Of a stretch of DNA of 64,000 nucleotides, positions 35,471 through 47,553 are shown in pieces. The notes under the pieces are model-generated. The model was given only the letters and a program-made list of their open reading frames with translations, did not search any database and had not been told where the DNA came from. Made by a program: the position numbers and the translations under genes. The DNA lies in assembly GCF_011745625.1 (NCBI RefSeq), contig NW_027191475.1, forward strand, positions 310,001 through 374,000, in the 5' to 3' direction. Positions within the stretch are counted from its first letter, which is position 1. Every line of letters begins with the position of its first letter. This DNA comes from Cladosporium halotolerans. Its lineage: Eukaryota.

Positions 35471-37139
35471 TCATCCTCCCATGCCCTCAAAACTCTCGCC
35501 AAACTGCTCCTCGTACATGAGCAGGAGCTCAAGTTCCTGAATCTCGTTCTTCTGCAGTAGCTCTTGGAGCCTGTTACAAGCCCTGGTAAGCTCTATTCTT
35601 TTCCTGGCCATCCCTTTCTCACGCTTCCTGGCATTGACCTCGGCCTCGGCTTGTGTGCCATGGTTCCGCCCGCTCTGACCGCTCGGGATTTGCGCCTCGA
35701 TCTCGCCCGGCGGTATGGACGCATTGACCTGGGTCGGTGTTGACTTGTGTCGCAGCTGAGTCGAATCGTTGCATGATAGCCTAGAGGATGACTCAACTTC
35801 GGGAAGCATCTGCGGAAGCGTCTGCGACTGTGCTAGAGCTTCTTGCTCGTCCTCGTCCTCGTCCTCGTATCCCATGCCTTGGTCGCCACTTTGAACTGAT
35901 GACAGCGCAACTCTAGCCAGTGTGCCAGTACCAGAACGCAATTGACGTGAAGTACTAGCCGTCCGAATGGAACGGCTGATCCTTGGCCCGGTGTCGGCAT
36001 GCACGGCTGCTGGAGGGGACTGAGATTCCCGCAATCTGCTTTGTCTAGCTAACCTCTGACTCATCCTGGTCGAAGAGGGATTAAAGACACGAGGTCCTGT
36101 GTCTTCATCGGAGTCATCGCTGCTCGTTCGCTCGAGCCTGGAGGGGCTTGGCGCTCCTTCTTCCGTGCCCTCTTTATCATCATTTTCCATATCGACGTCA
36201 GCGTCGCTGCCACTGCCTTTCTCGGATGTAAAAGGAGAACGTGTGCTGCTATCATCCGCATTGACATTGGCGCTGCCGTCGTTTGAGAGACTGTAGATTC
36301 ATTTTCGAAAAAGGCTCTGGGTCTAAAATCAGGTCAGTTGGTCCTTCCTGTTTTGCGGGCCTTCTTTCATCGATATTCAGCATACCCACGTTCCTAAACT
36401 CAAAGACGTAAGGCTCGCCGTTCTCGGATTGTAAAGGGGTAAACCATTCCCACCTAATTGGATGGATGATCTGTGACGCTTCTTCCCGGTCCAGTCCTAG
36501 CTTGACACGGTTGTGATCAGGCCAGTTGGGAACGTATTTCAGACTCTCAGGTGGGTCCGTGAGATAGGTCTCACGCTCGTCTTCAACCTCGCCAATCAAG
36601 TTACCTCGCACGACATAGATGGCGATGCAGCCTTTCGCTGCGTTGAATGAGTCTGCCCAGCCGTCATCGGGGATACTGCGCAAGTCGAAGGCTAGACTCA
36701 TGATTAGCAACTCGTAGTACGCTAGAAATCAGGTGAAGTCTCATCAGTTGCACTCACGTTGAGGTGCCGGTGCTCTGAGGTCCTGAGTCCGACTCTCGAC
36801 CGCCCCGGGCTCCCAACACCAGAAGTGTGTTATGCCCACATCGTTTCGGTCGAGGATCGCTTTTGGAATCCACCAAGCTTGAACATCGTTCAAAGCTCCC
36901 GGCTCCTGGTGAGTGTGGCCAACGGCTATTGTGACCTTGACGCCTTCTGCGCTGTATAATGTGAAGGGTCTCCGTAAGTTGAGTACAACTTCAAAATTCG
37001 ATCCTGGCTTGAGGCTAATGATGGCGCGTGTGGTTGTAAGGTCGGCGCCGGAAGCCTGCCTGCTAGGATAAGAAAATTGCTCTATTGTGTCATATCTGTC
37101 ATCCTCGAGCTCAATCGTCAAACCATCGTCGTGGTACAT
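35471..37139 (-). CDS. Hypothetical protein (globular N-domain, acidic disordered linker, C-terminal coiled coil); apparent frameshift near 36290
   Basis: ORFs 36744-37139 and 36252-36710 are joined by a GTGAGT..CTAAT..TAG intron. The downstream ORF 35471-36190 is out of frame. Resembles the gene at 40247-42229. Confidence 0.55.
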
Positions 37140-37423
37140 TTCGCAAAAATTCCTCTGTTTGCAAATCAGTCTCTGCGCTATGGTAAGAGGTCATAGTTGC
37201 AAATATAAACATTTTGGTCTTGAGATCAGCGCATGCCATCTCTGGCATGTGACACTGGACATCAGCAGAAACATGTGACTGAGAGAGGCTTTGCAGATGG
37301 CTGTATGGAATACTTCGGACATTTGTGAAACGTGGGTCTTTTGTACAGACGTTCTCTCCTTCCCCGTTCTTCGCTAGGTCTTGCTCTGGTTCATGCCCGT
37401 CTCTAGCGTCCCTCTTCTCCAAT

Positions 37424-38110
37424 CTATTGGGTCGTAATGCTCTGCGCAAAGATCTGTCGCTTGCGCTCGTGGACGGGAACCTCATTCTCAGGCGCACCGG
37501 GTATCTTCTTCTCCAGCTTCTGTGTAGTTGTTAGAACCCTCTGCTCTGACCCGCATCTCTAAGCCGGTTCCGGAAACGTGATGATCACAACATACCAGGT
37601 TGTCGAAAACGCACTTGTTCAGAGGCCTTTCGAATTTCCTGCACTGCCACAGCTGCTGGTTGTTGTTGTCGAGGCATTCCCAGTGCTTGCGGAATTCAGT
37701 CAAGCAGTGCTTGTTCATGTCTTCCAGCCTGGTAGCAAGTTAGAGCCGAACTCCACGTAGTCACTTTAGACTACCTAGAATCCTCGTTTCTCCGGGTGTA
37801 CGTACACGCTAGTTGCGCATCTTGTGACCTTGCGACCCTCCCTCAAGCAATCCAGCTCTCCTCGGCCGTTCGCCTCCGTCTTGCACTTCATGTAGTCATC
37901 GTTGTATGCCTGGCAGCGCGCGCCAATGAAGAAGCTCGCGCTCAGAAGAGGTGCCGAGGAGGCTCCCACCTCTTGGACTTTGGGAATGGAGTCGGGGAGG
38001 GGAGTGGTGTCCACAAGGACCTGCTGGTTGAACCTGATCCAAAGTTGTCAGCAATTGTACAGCAGCTTCGTAAGACCACAGAGCTCATACCTGGGCTGTC
38101 TGGCAGACAT
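37424..38110 (-). CDS. NDUFA8: Complex I accessory subunit NDUFA8 (20.8 kDa/NUPM), 4 exons
   Basis: Spliced MSARQPRFNQQVLVDTTPLP..IPKVQEVGASSAPLLSASFFIGARC...NDDYMKC, twin CX9C motifs, HWECLDNNNQQLWQCR, KLEKKIPG...TTQ*. Confidence 0.93.
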
Positions 38111-38501
38111 TTTGAGGCTTCAATGGGTGGTATTCTGCTGCTATGTCGTCGCTTTAGAGCTGCATGAGGTTCACAGAGGCCGGGACTTGGCGCGGAGGTC
38201 ATCGCGACGGCAGCAGCCGATTGGGCCAATGGAGCTAGCTCAGGCGCGAGAAACGCGACTTTGGCATTCATACTTTCTCGCTTTGAGAGCTCTCATTACA
38301 CCAACGACTACCTGCCCGGTGATGCGCATTCGCTACTTGTGAGCTGCTTGGCCTTTTGAAAAGCTTCCTGCAAAGACACGAGACCAATCGAGGCGACAGA
38401 ATTTCATTAGAAAGCTAAATCACGACACCAGCTTGGATCAACAACACAACCACCCGAGCATCCTCCTGTGCATACACGCCGACTGATCTTCCGAGCGCAA
38501 A

Positions 38502-38562
38502 ATGTCGCTCTTCGGCAACACCACTTCCAACCAGCAAGGCGGCGGCCTCTTCGGCGCTAGCC

Positions 38563-38596
<34 letters not shown>

Positions 38597-39599
38597 GCAG
38601 CCTCAGCAGCAGACAACAAGCCTCTTCGGACAGTCGAGCGCAAACGCGCCGGCACAGCAAAGCGTTTTCGCCAACCCCCAGCAGCAGAACAGCAATCCCC
38701 TTGCTGGCTCCCTTTCCGCAGGATTTGGCGCCGCCACCACGTCCGGCGCCTTAGGAGCACAGTCTCAGCGCGAGCTCGCGCAATCCCGCCTCGAAGCCGC
38801 CGGCTTGAACTCTACTGCCCGCCATGATAAGAGCCCAAAGGATGCCATGAGTGTTCTCGTAAGCAAATGGGATCCCAATGACCAGGGAACGTCGATGCAA
38901 AAGTATCTGTACAACGCTGTCCACCCAGCTTATGCGCCCTACTACCACCCCGCGCCTGGCGAATCTGAGCGCGACTGGGAGACCGCCCTGTCGAACAAGC
39001 CGAAGGGAGATGCGGAGATTGCCTACGTGCCGGTACAAGTGCGCGGTTTCGAGGCTTTGGGCAAGAGGTTGGAGCTCCAGGCGCAGGTGCTCAACAAACT
39101 GCAGGTGAATTTGCATGAGATGAACAACTCGCTCGCTGCGATCATGGCGAAGCACCAGCAGGACATCAGCGTACGAATCGAGACTTCGAAGCGCCAGCAC
39201 GCAGCTATCGCACAGAGGACTCTTCGCCTTGCGATCAAATGTCAGATCCTCCGCAACCGTGGTTACGCTCTGGACAGCACCGAGGAAACCCTGCGCAGGA
39301 ATATTCTGGACCTCAACAAGCAGATTCAGGAGCCTTCATTTTCAGCTCGCGAGGAAGAGATTTGGGCACGGATGGTAGCTTTGAGGGAACGAGCACGCTG
39401 GCTGGAGGAGGAAGGCAAGAGAGTTGGCGCTGCAGCGGCCGAAGCACAGAGACAGGAGGGAAGCAAGCTGCCAGACAATGTTTTGCAGGGCGCGAACAGG
39501 ATATTGAGAGATTACGACGGACAATTGGCTCACCTTGCTAAGGAGCTCGAAGAGGTCAAGAAGGAGTATCAGGAGTGGGAATTGGAGAAGAGAAGATGA
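38502..39599 (+). CDS. NUP57: Central channel nucleoporin Nup57/Nup54-like
   Basis: SLFG/GLFG repeats at the N-terminus; KWDP....MQKYLYN, W..AL..KP, PVQVRGF..L..R, QILRNRGYAL...EE; coiled coils. Confidence 0.9.
38562..38600 (+). repeat. (CAA)11(CAG)2 coding microsatellite giving a 13-residue poly-Gln in NUP57
   Basis: Counted directly from the sequence. Confidence 0.95.
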
Positions 39600-40246
39600 A
39601 GCATGGCAGTGTATTTCTAGAAGTCGTTCGCAAGACCCCAGGCGCATAGCGCTCGACCAATGTCATCATGCGAGGAGACAGTCAGCTCCTCGTACGTGCC
39701 AGGAACTATCGAGTCGCCTTTGACAGGCGATGCTAGCGAGTGGACCCGTGAAGCAACAAGATTGAAAAGTCAGGGCAGAGTCGGTCACTGCCTTCCGAAT
39801 ATGATGATTCCACATTCTGATACACACTGAGGCTGTCGATTTTGATCACATACATGCAATTTTCACGAGATGGTCGCTACAACGTGGACGTCGAGGGACA
39901 TGTGATCGTCACGCTCCTCCCCATGTTAGCGAACTCGCCTTTAGCTGGGAATGCCTGTCTAGGTGCGCAGATGTCCTTTCCAACGCGACTGTACGTCATT
40001 TCCACATGTTCGCATGTGGGCTTCAATTTTACAGCCTCTCACCAGGTGCTGTCACGCAGATGATCACTTGAAAGTAGGATCACGTGCGAAAAGCTGGATC
40101 TCGCTTGGTCACAATCACTCCTCGCCGAGGTTGTCTCCCTCTTTCCAGTGCTCCTATAACCCTGTGACCTATATTCAGATTTCCCCAAAAAGCCTTACAC
40201 GGTATCACACAGAACAATCGACATCCAGCGTGAAGATAACCTCGCC

Positions 40247-42229
40247 ATGAAGCACATCAACGGCGTCAATGTCTTCGCCCGGGCTCGATCTGACAACGGA
40301 CAGCAATTAAAAGTTGAAGAGCTCGAAGCGTCAGTTGACGGGAACCATCATGATCATTACAGGAGGTTTTACATCCGTTTCTGCGATGCAGACGTTCAGT
40401 TTCAATTCTGTCTCCCTTCTCAATTCGACGCCCATGGCGCATCCACGATTCACACAAAAGTCCTTACCAACCGACAAAATCCCATTCTCAGGGTATATCA
40501 CACGCGAGAGTGGCGGGACAATTACCCCAGAGGCTGCCAGCAACTTCGACTTCCAGAGCCTGTAGAGGCTCCTGGTCAGGAGGGCTCTGATATCGATCGC
40601 GTGCTGCAGGCCTTACCAAAGGGGCTCAGCCAAATTGATACCAGTGCTTTGGTAGCAAGCCCAGAATACGACGTGCCTAATTTTCCAGGTCTTGTGAGGG
40701 CCGTCTTCCAGCTAGGCCACAGCCAATGGCTACTTAAGCGGTATGCTAATCGCCTGATGTGTGCGAAAATATGATTCTGACGATATACGTGAACTTAGCT
40801 CTCCCAAGACCCATAAAATGTTCGTTGAACGGACGTTCAAGCGCCTAGAAATGGCAGCTGGCGATATGTATATTTGGGACATAATCCCAGTCTCCGATGG
40901 TTTGGCAACCCCTGGAATCATCATGTGCTCCTCGCTGATCCAGTTCCAGAACTGTTCGAGCTACTTTGCACTACACAAAATAAGAATGACCCTATCTCCA
41001 GCGGACTCAACGGCACATCAGTCCTTCCAGTCCGCACTACGGGCTCGTCAGATCTCGAGCCGGCGTTCCTTCCACGTCATTCAACGTCCGATGTAGGGTT
41101 GACAACTCCGTCCCCTTCTGTCAACAATGAGGCGTCTTCTGTGGTCGCGAAGGCTCGACCCTCGACGAAGCGCGTCACTACCACCAGAAAGAAAAGTCCA
41201 GAGGTGTGTGGGTGCGGTGACCCTGAACATCAGCCTGTGGGCCGAAAAAGACAAAGAGACGATTTGGATGAATCTTCTCCTTCACCCCGGCAGAGAAGGA
41301 AGCGCAAGGAAAATGGCCGTGCTTCATCTACTCACAGAGAGAAACCTCTGTCACACGAAATGGTTGCCAACGTGTGTGGTCAATGTCAACACTTGAAGAA
41401 GGCACCCAGAGGCAAGAAGATAGCGTGGCGTAATCATTCGAAGACTTGGATGATTGTCGATGCCAGAGCCCACGATGAAGAACCACCGACTGAGGAAATC
41501 ATTGAGAATCAGCCAATGTCTGACGACGGTATTGCGACCTCACCCACACAGGCGGACGACGCCGGAGGAAACCACAGTTCAGGGCATGACGCCAATACTA
41601 TCAATGCCCCCAGTGGCTCATTTTTGGAAAATTTCGAAACCTCTGGTGAGCCCACTGCTAGCCCTATTCACGAGAGAAGCACTGTCTCGAGTCCAATCAC
41701 GGACATTAGAAATCCTGTCAGCGAAAAACACACTTCGCCACAGCTTCAGATTACCGAGTTAGCGTCCAACATTACTACGGCCTCGATTCAAGACGATACA
41801 ATTGCTCGACTTTCGGTAGATCAGGGTTCATCCACCGCTTCTGCGCTAGCGGCTTCTATGAGTCTTCCAAGCAACGGACGCGTCAGTTCTGACGAACGCT
41901 CTGGACGTAGAAGGACCAGTATTGTTGTTGACCTGACGGAAGGCGACGATAACGCATCTATCAAGGATGAGGTGAAGCCCGGATTCAAGTTGGAAAGCGA
42001 AGAGCCTAAATCCAAAGTCCTGCAAGCAATCCAGTCCGGTCGCACTGGAAATAAGGACGAGGCTGCTCTGCTTGAGAAGTTGCAAGATATCGAAATGAGC
42101 AAAGCTCGCATCAGGCTGGAGAAGCAAGAGCTTGTTCTTGAGCAGGAACGAGTGCTCCTCGAGCGCCAACTCAAGAAGAAGCACGAATCAGGGACGCCGG
42201 AGAAGCCAATCAAGATCGAGGATGACTGA
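40247..42229 (+). CDS. Hypothetical protein (globular N-domain, disordered middle, C-terminal coiled coil), introns about 40741-40798 and 40900-40949
   Basis: ORFs 40247-40774, 40761-41096 and 40874-42229 join in frame through GTATGC..CTGAC..TAG and GTTTGG..CTGAT..CAG introns. NLS-like basic tracts, VVDLT and IKIEDD motifs. Confidence 0.7.
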
Positions 42230-42441
42230 TTCCTCCTGGATATGCACATCTGCGTTCGAGGAGTCCCCTTGACACGGGCCTGACACGACGAAGTCCTCTC
42301 GGCTTGAATACCAACCAGCAGACTCTCGGACAGCGTCAATAACCAGCATCAACTGACAACCCAAGCAGACTGACAAATCGTGGGCTATTAGTCAAACAAG
42401 TATACATAGCTAACATTAAATTAACACCCATCCTCCCAAAC

Positions 42442-43176
42442 TCACGCCTCCCCATAAGCCTTCAGTCCAACAGGCTCCTTCCCCCCATCCCAGAAGTGAA
42501 TCGTCCCGCCCAAATCCTCCCTCCCATGAAACGGGTTCTCCTCGCCCCCAAACTCCCTCACCGTCCCCGCCGTAACATCAAACCCCAGCGCCGTGTAAAA
42601 GCTCTCCCTGCCCAGCGCCGAAATCACACTCGCGCCCAAGCTCTCCCGCTTCGCGATCTCCAGCCCGTACCGCACCAGCGCCTTGCCGTACCCGTGCCCG
42701 CCCGCCGTCGGATCCACCCCCAGCAGGTCCAGGTACCAGCTGTCCGCGCGCGACCCGCTCCAGTGGTGCTTCATGAACTTCGCGCTCGCTTCGAGCATGC
42801 CGTGGTTCGCGGGTTCGGCGGCCCGGTTGCGGTAGACCAGTGCTTCGGCGGCGTTGGCCGCTTCCATCGCTTTGACCGTCGCGGCTGTGCTCCAGGAGTC
42901 GGGCTGGGGCGTCGACCGCTTGCGGAGCCAGATTGCCACGCCGGTGATTTGCGAGGGGTCCGAGGGCGGGTGCGAGAGCGCGATGTGCAGGTTCGGGGAG
43001 CCGCTGCGGGCCCAGTCTACGCGGAGCTTTTGCAGGAAGAACAGGTGCATGTCGTCCGGGTACTGGGCGCGGTAGGGGTGGAATTCGCCGCCGAAGAGAG
43101 GCTCGTTCACGAAGGCTGCGGCGAGAATTTTGCTGGCCGGCACCAGGTCGGCGTAGGTTGCTTCGCGGATGGACAT
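42442..43176 (-). CDS. GNAT family acetyltransferase, intronless
   Basis: MSIREATYADL, HPYRAQYPDD, NRAAEP, WYLDLLGVDPTAGGHGYGKALV (motif A), FYTALGF. Confidence 0.88.
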   Translation of the reverse strand: MSIREATYADLVPASKILAAAFVNEPLFGGEFHPYRAQYPDDMHLFFLQKLRVDWARSGSPNLHIALSHPPSDPSQITGVAIWLRKRSTPQPDSWSTAATVKAMEAANAAEALVYRNRAAEPANHGMLEASAKFMKHHWSGSRADSWYLDLLGVDPTAGGHGYGKALVRYGLEIAKRESLGASVISALGRESFYTALGFDVTAGTVREFGGEENPFHGREDLGGTIHFWDGGKEPVGLKAYGEA

Positions 43177-43664
43177 TTTGGGCGGTGGGTTTGAGGAGTG
43201 CTCCTTGATTTTTCTATTTCCTTTTTTTCCTGGACGTCCTTTATGGTGTTGAGATGCTTATGGAAATGCTTCTTGAGACACCGCTCCGCTCTAGATGGAA
43301 AAGTTTGCTCCAGAAATGCACAGCTCGTACCACGCCAACGTAACAGAGTAGATGGCCGTAGAAATGTTGAGTCAATATTTACAGCAGGCACTCGAGAAGG
43401 ACACTCCCAAATACCCGGGTAAAAACGTTCTCGCCCACCAAATCGACTAACGCAGCGCTAAAGAATGGGCAGCAGGCCGTAACTTCCAAGCGAAAGCGCG
43501 GGCGATGTATCAACAAACCGCAAATGCGCCGCAAGAGGCAGGTCTTTGAATGGCTTCAATCTAGTCCCCGTCGTTAAAGCGCGCGCGGGATCCTTCGTCA
43601 ACCGTGCCGGCGGGCTCCGCGGCCTGCGGGCGAACGTTGGGCGAGTCTTGCGGTTGCTGGTGGG

Positions 43665-43694
43665 CTAACCCCAACCCTGACCCTAACAACCCTA
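43665..43694 (+). repeat. Degenerate interstitial telomere-like tract (CTAACCCCAACCCTGACCCTAACAACCCTA)
   Basis: About five degenerate CCCTAA units read directly. Confidence 0.6.
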
Positions 43695-44322
43695 TGTGTG
43701 AAGAAGATACGAGGTAAATGGCGATGAAGGGTAGTATATTCGAGCTACATCGCTTGCAAACAAAACGACTAGAGAATATTATAATAACCCTATCAATTTC
43801 GTGTGAAATTTTCAGCATCGTGAATGCGGTCTCGTTCATCTTGTGCGTTGTTAGACGCCGGGCGATGGAACACTATTACATTCAACATGAGGGACGACCG
43901 ACTCCGAGTGGATGAAGCAATTTCCAAATACACCGGTTCTCAAGCCTGCCAAAGGAGAAGATCTCGGACGAAACAGGTATCAATTGGGGTTCGAAATGAA
44001 GGACCATTCAGCCACCAATCTCTAGATATTCACGACGGGCAACGAGCACGATCCACGAGGAAACAGAAGGTCACGGGGGATAGCAATCAAGATAGAATGA
44101 ACAAGCCATAAAATTTTGTGCGTACGTGCAAGCAGCCAGAAAACCATGCATTGGCGTTAAAAAGAACTCTCTCTCTCTCATCTAAAGTAGTACAGCAAGA
44201 ACGGTAGAAAGGACCCCCACAATCATCAGTGGAGGAAAAGAATGTCGCACTTCATCATGCAAGTAGAAAGGAGTCAAAGGAACTCATTTACATCCCCTAT
44301 CACCACGCCATTGAAGGGACGC

Positions 44323-45694
44323 TTAGCGACGAGCGGAGATGTCGCGGGCGTGCACGCCCTCCTCGTTCCAGGACTTGGAGATGAGGTAGTTGACCCAGGC
44401 GAGGAGGTCGGTCAGGGTGAAGCCCTCGGGGAGGGCCTTGCTGGGCTTGCCGTAGGAGGCGGCGGTCTCGGAGCCAGAGCTGGAAGAGCCAGAGCTGGAG
44501 CCGGAGCTGGTGGAGGTGGAGCTCGGGGCGGAAGCAGCAGAGGTGGTGGTGGCCGGGGAGGACTCGGAGTCGGAGCTGGAGTCGTCGGACTCGTAGTCGT
44601 CAGAGGAGTCCTCAGAAGAGTTGTCGGAGGTCTCGATCGGCGCGGAGGTGGCGGTGGGCTTGGCGGAGCCGCTCAGGGTGATGGTGGTGGTGCAAGGAGA
44701 GGTGGTAGCGGGGGCATCGCCGGCGAAAGTGGGCGCGGCGGTCTCCTCGGGGTAAGCCTCAGTGGCAGTGGGGCCAGCCTCAGTGGAGTTGCCAGCAGGG
44801 TAGGACGGGCTAGCGGCGGCGGAGGTCGCAGCGGCAGAAGAAGCGGCGGCAGAAGACGGGGCGGGGGAGGAGCCAGAGTTGTCGGAGCTGCCGCTGGAAG
44901 CACCGTCCCAGACGGCCGGGCCGGGGATGTCGTAGCTGGTAAGGCCGTTGTAGATGTTAAGGGAGATACCGGGGTCGGTGGCGGTGTAGAACTCCATGGC
45001 AGTCTCGCCCGACGGGGAGGCAGAGCCGGAGCCAGTGACCTCGAGGTTGATGCACTGGGGGTAGTTCTGGGCACCGTTGGTGTCCTGGGCGGAGTGGAGG
45101 GCGATGATCTCGTGACGAAGGACGTACTGACCCGGAGCGAGAGACTCGGGGACAGTGACGGTCCAGGCGTTGCCGTCGGCGATCAGCTTGTCGGAGGCCC
45201 AGTTGTTGGACGCCGCGTCGTTGAGGCCCTCCTGGTCGATCTTGAAGAAAGAGAGGTCGCCGGGGGAGACAGTGGAGCAGTCATCGCCAGCGCACTTCGC
45301 CATGTAGTCCAGGACGGGACCGTGGTGGGACTCGGGCCAGGTGTTCCACTGGAGCGTGATCTGGCCACCGGCTGCGACCTTGGCGGCGATTCCACCGGGC
45401 TTACCGTTCTGGATGGGGAGTCAGTGGACATATACATGCGGATAGGGCTTCGACGAAGCATACCTTGTGGCAAGCAATGTCGCTGGTGCCGTAGGAATCC
45501 GGGCCAACGAAGCCGTTGTCACCGTTGTCAGCGCTCCAGGCGATGATGGGGTCGTTGTTGGTGGAGTAGGCCATGGAGCTGGTGTAGCCAGAGTACTCCT
45601 GGCCATCGATGGTGATGCTGTCAATACGGCCGTGGGCGTAGACGGAGGCGGCGAAGGAGCCCAGAAGGGCGGCTTTCTGCATGAAGGTGGACAT
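44323..45694 (-). CDS. AA9 lytic polysaccharide monooxygenase with long Ser/Thr/acidic C-terminal extension, intron 45409-45463
   Basis: Signal peptide ending VYA|HG (His1 of the copper brace), [46 protein letters not shown]. Confidence 0.95.
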
Positions 45695-47553
45695 CTTGAT
45701 GTTGGGGAAGGTGGGTTTCCTTGGGAGAGGTGTTGAGAGAGCTGGTTTCTGTTTGTTTGTAGAGAACGAATGGACGATATCACCAGGATATCGAGTAACG
45801 AGTGGCTATGGTACGAAGACCAAGAAGATGCTGCTGCACTGCAGGGAAAGGTTGGACGAGAGAAGGCTGGATGAAGAGAGAAGAAGCCCTACCTTGAGGC
45901 GTGCAGGGCGACCTATATACTACAGTGCCACGATCAGGATGTCGTCCATCTCGCTTGTCGACACGGCAAACCGGCGCCTAATGTCGGGGCGGAAAATTGC
46001 ACCGAGCGCTGGCGATAGTAAGCGCGATTGCTGGGCCGTCTCGACGTGATGACAGCCCACATGGAGCGGCGTCAGTGCCACGGCGGAGGCGAGGCTGGTA
46101 TAGCGCCACGAGGTTCACGGCGTTTCAAACATGTTCGAAGCGACATGGCTCCCAGGCGAGGACAGAGCCTTACCCGGCCGCAGGGGGGAGTTCGGCGGGC
46201 GGCGGTCACGGAGGGCGGACGTGGCCAGTGAGGCCCGCCTGGACGGTGCCTGGATGTCGCAAGTTGAAGGCGCCATGGCCGCGGCTATGCCCGATGCAGT
46301 AATTGGGAGTGCGGTATAGATGAATTGCGACCGGGGTTGTGGGAGCGGCGGTTGGAGGAGCGGTCGCCAAGAGCGGTGGTGATGAAGGGGTGAAGAAAGG
46401 CGGAGACTTGTGTATGAGAGTCTGGCGCTTGTGCGAACCGAGGTGGGCGCGCATAGGGCTGGCTGGAGCTTTGCAAGCGCAGCTCAGGCACGCCGTATCC
46501 CGGGTGAACATCGAATGCCTGTCCATGTTCCGGAGAGCATTGATTGCGATCATGCCAATGCCAGACGCTCCCCGTCAACGAGAATATCCGGATGTGCACC
46601 AGCATACCACAAACATGCTGACATGTAGCTCCTTGCGGCGCTCGCTAAACCGCTCGGCAAGCGGGCAACAATCATCAATGCACGGCGCGCCACAAGCCTC
46701 GCATCATGCAGGTACCAGGTGGGGAGACAACTCTATAACAACGCCTCCTACGTCTGGTATTCTTAGCCGGGCCAGACCGACAATGTGAGACTGACTTGAG
46801 GTACCTTATCTGCCGTGTGTGGTTCACGCTTTGCCGCGACCTGAGCCATCTGCCGGCGACGACATCGCGGGGAAGTGACAGTCGGTTGCACTCTGCTACA
46901 GTCTAAGGTTGAATTCCTCCGTAGCTTTATTAGCCAAGTGCAGACAGATGGAATACGCCGATGCACGCTACGCGCCAGAGAACGGTTCCGTCGCAGCAGG
47001 CGAGAATCGAGGAAGCGCCAGGAAGAAGCGACAGGCAATCTCCATGTGCAAAGGTGATAGGGTCCTTGAGCTCATCATCTCCGTAGCTCGTGCATGTACT
47101 GTATTTCGCGACTGGGCCAGATCTCCACCTTCTAGGGCAGGTATTCGGGGCGAAAGGCTTAGCCACCGTCTTGACAAGTTAGCAGCTAGGGCCCGCAGGG
47201 CAGGACTGAGAAGAACCAGCGGGTCCCACCCGTCAATCATGTTCATATTAATGCCATCCCGCAAATAACTCCGTCGGTAATCTCACTGAATTATTACGCT
47301 GTGAGCGACGTTGCTGGCGAAGCGTATCCAGGGCAGGGTGAGCCGATGACTGACATGCACCAACTTTAGCCGTACCCACGCGGTCTATCACGTTCATATT
47401 AACAGCATCCTGCTAATCACGCGTTGAATAATCTCCGCCGATTCGCGACATGGATCTTCTCGCATCGAGAGGGCGGCCAGGGTAGGGCTAGATTGTGAAT
47501 AGCAACACAATATACTACAGCTTCTCCTAGCATCGCCGAACATCCGCTCACAA

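Noticed and set aside
43421..43670. Assignment of the structured island as SRP RNA
   Set aside because: No helix-8 CAGG-GNRA-AGCA motif and no 5' GCUGUAAUGGC-type Alu motif on either strand; kept only as an unnamed candidate.
44242..45546. 434-aa plus-strand Gly-rich ORF, and similar long antisense ORFs over VTC, tubulin, SPATA20, ABCA and GNAT
   Set aside because: These are shadows of genes with strong GC3 codon bias on the opposite strand and show no recognisable motifs.
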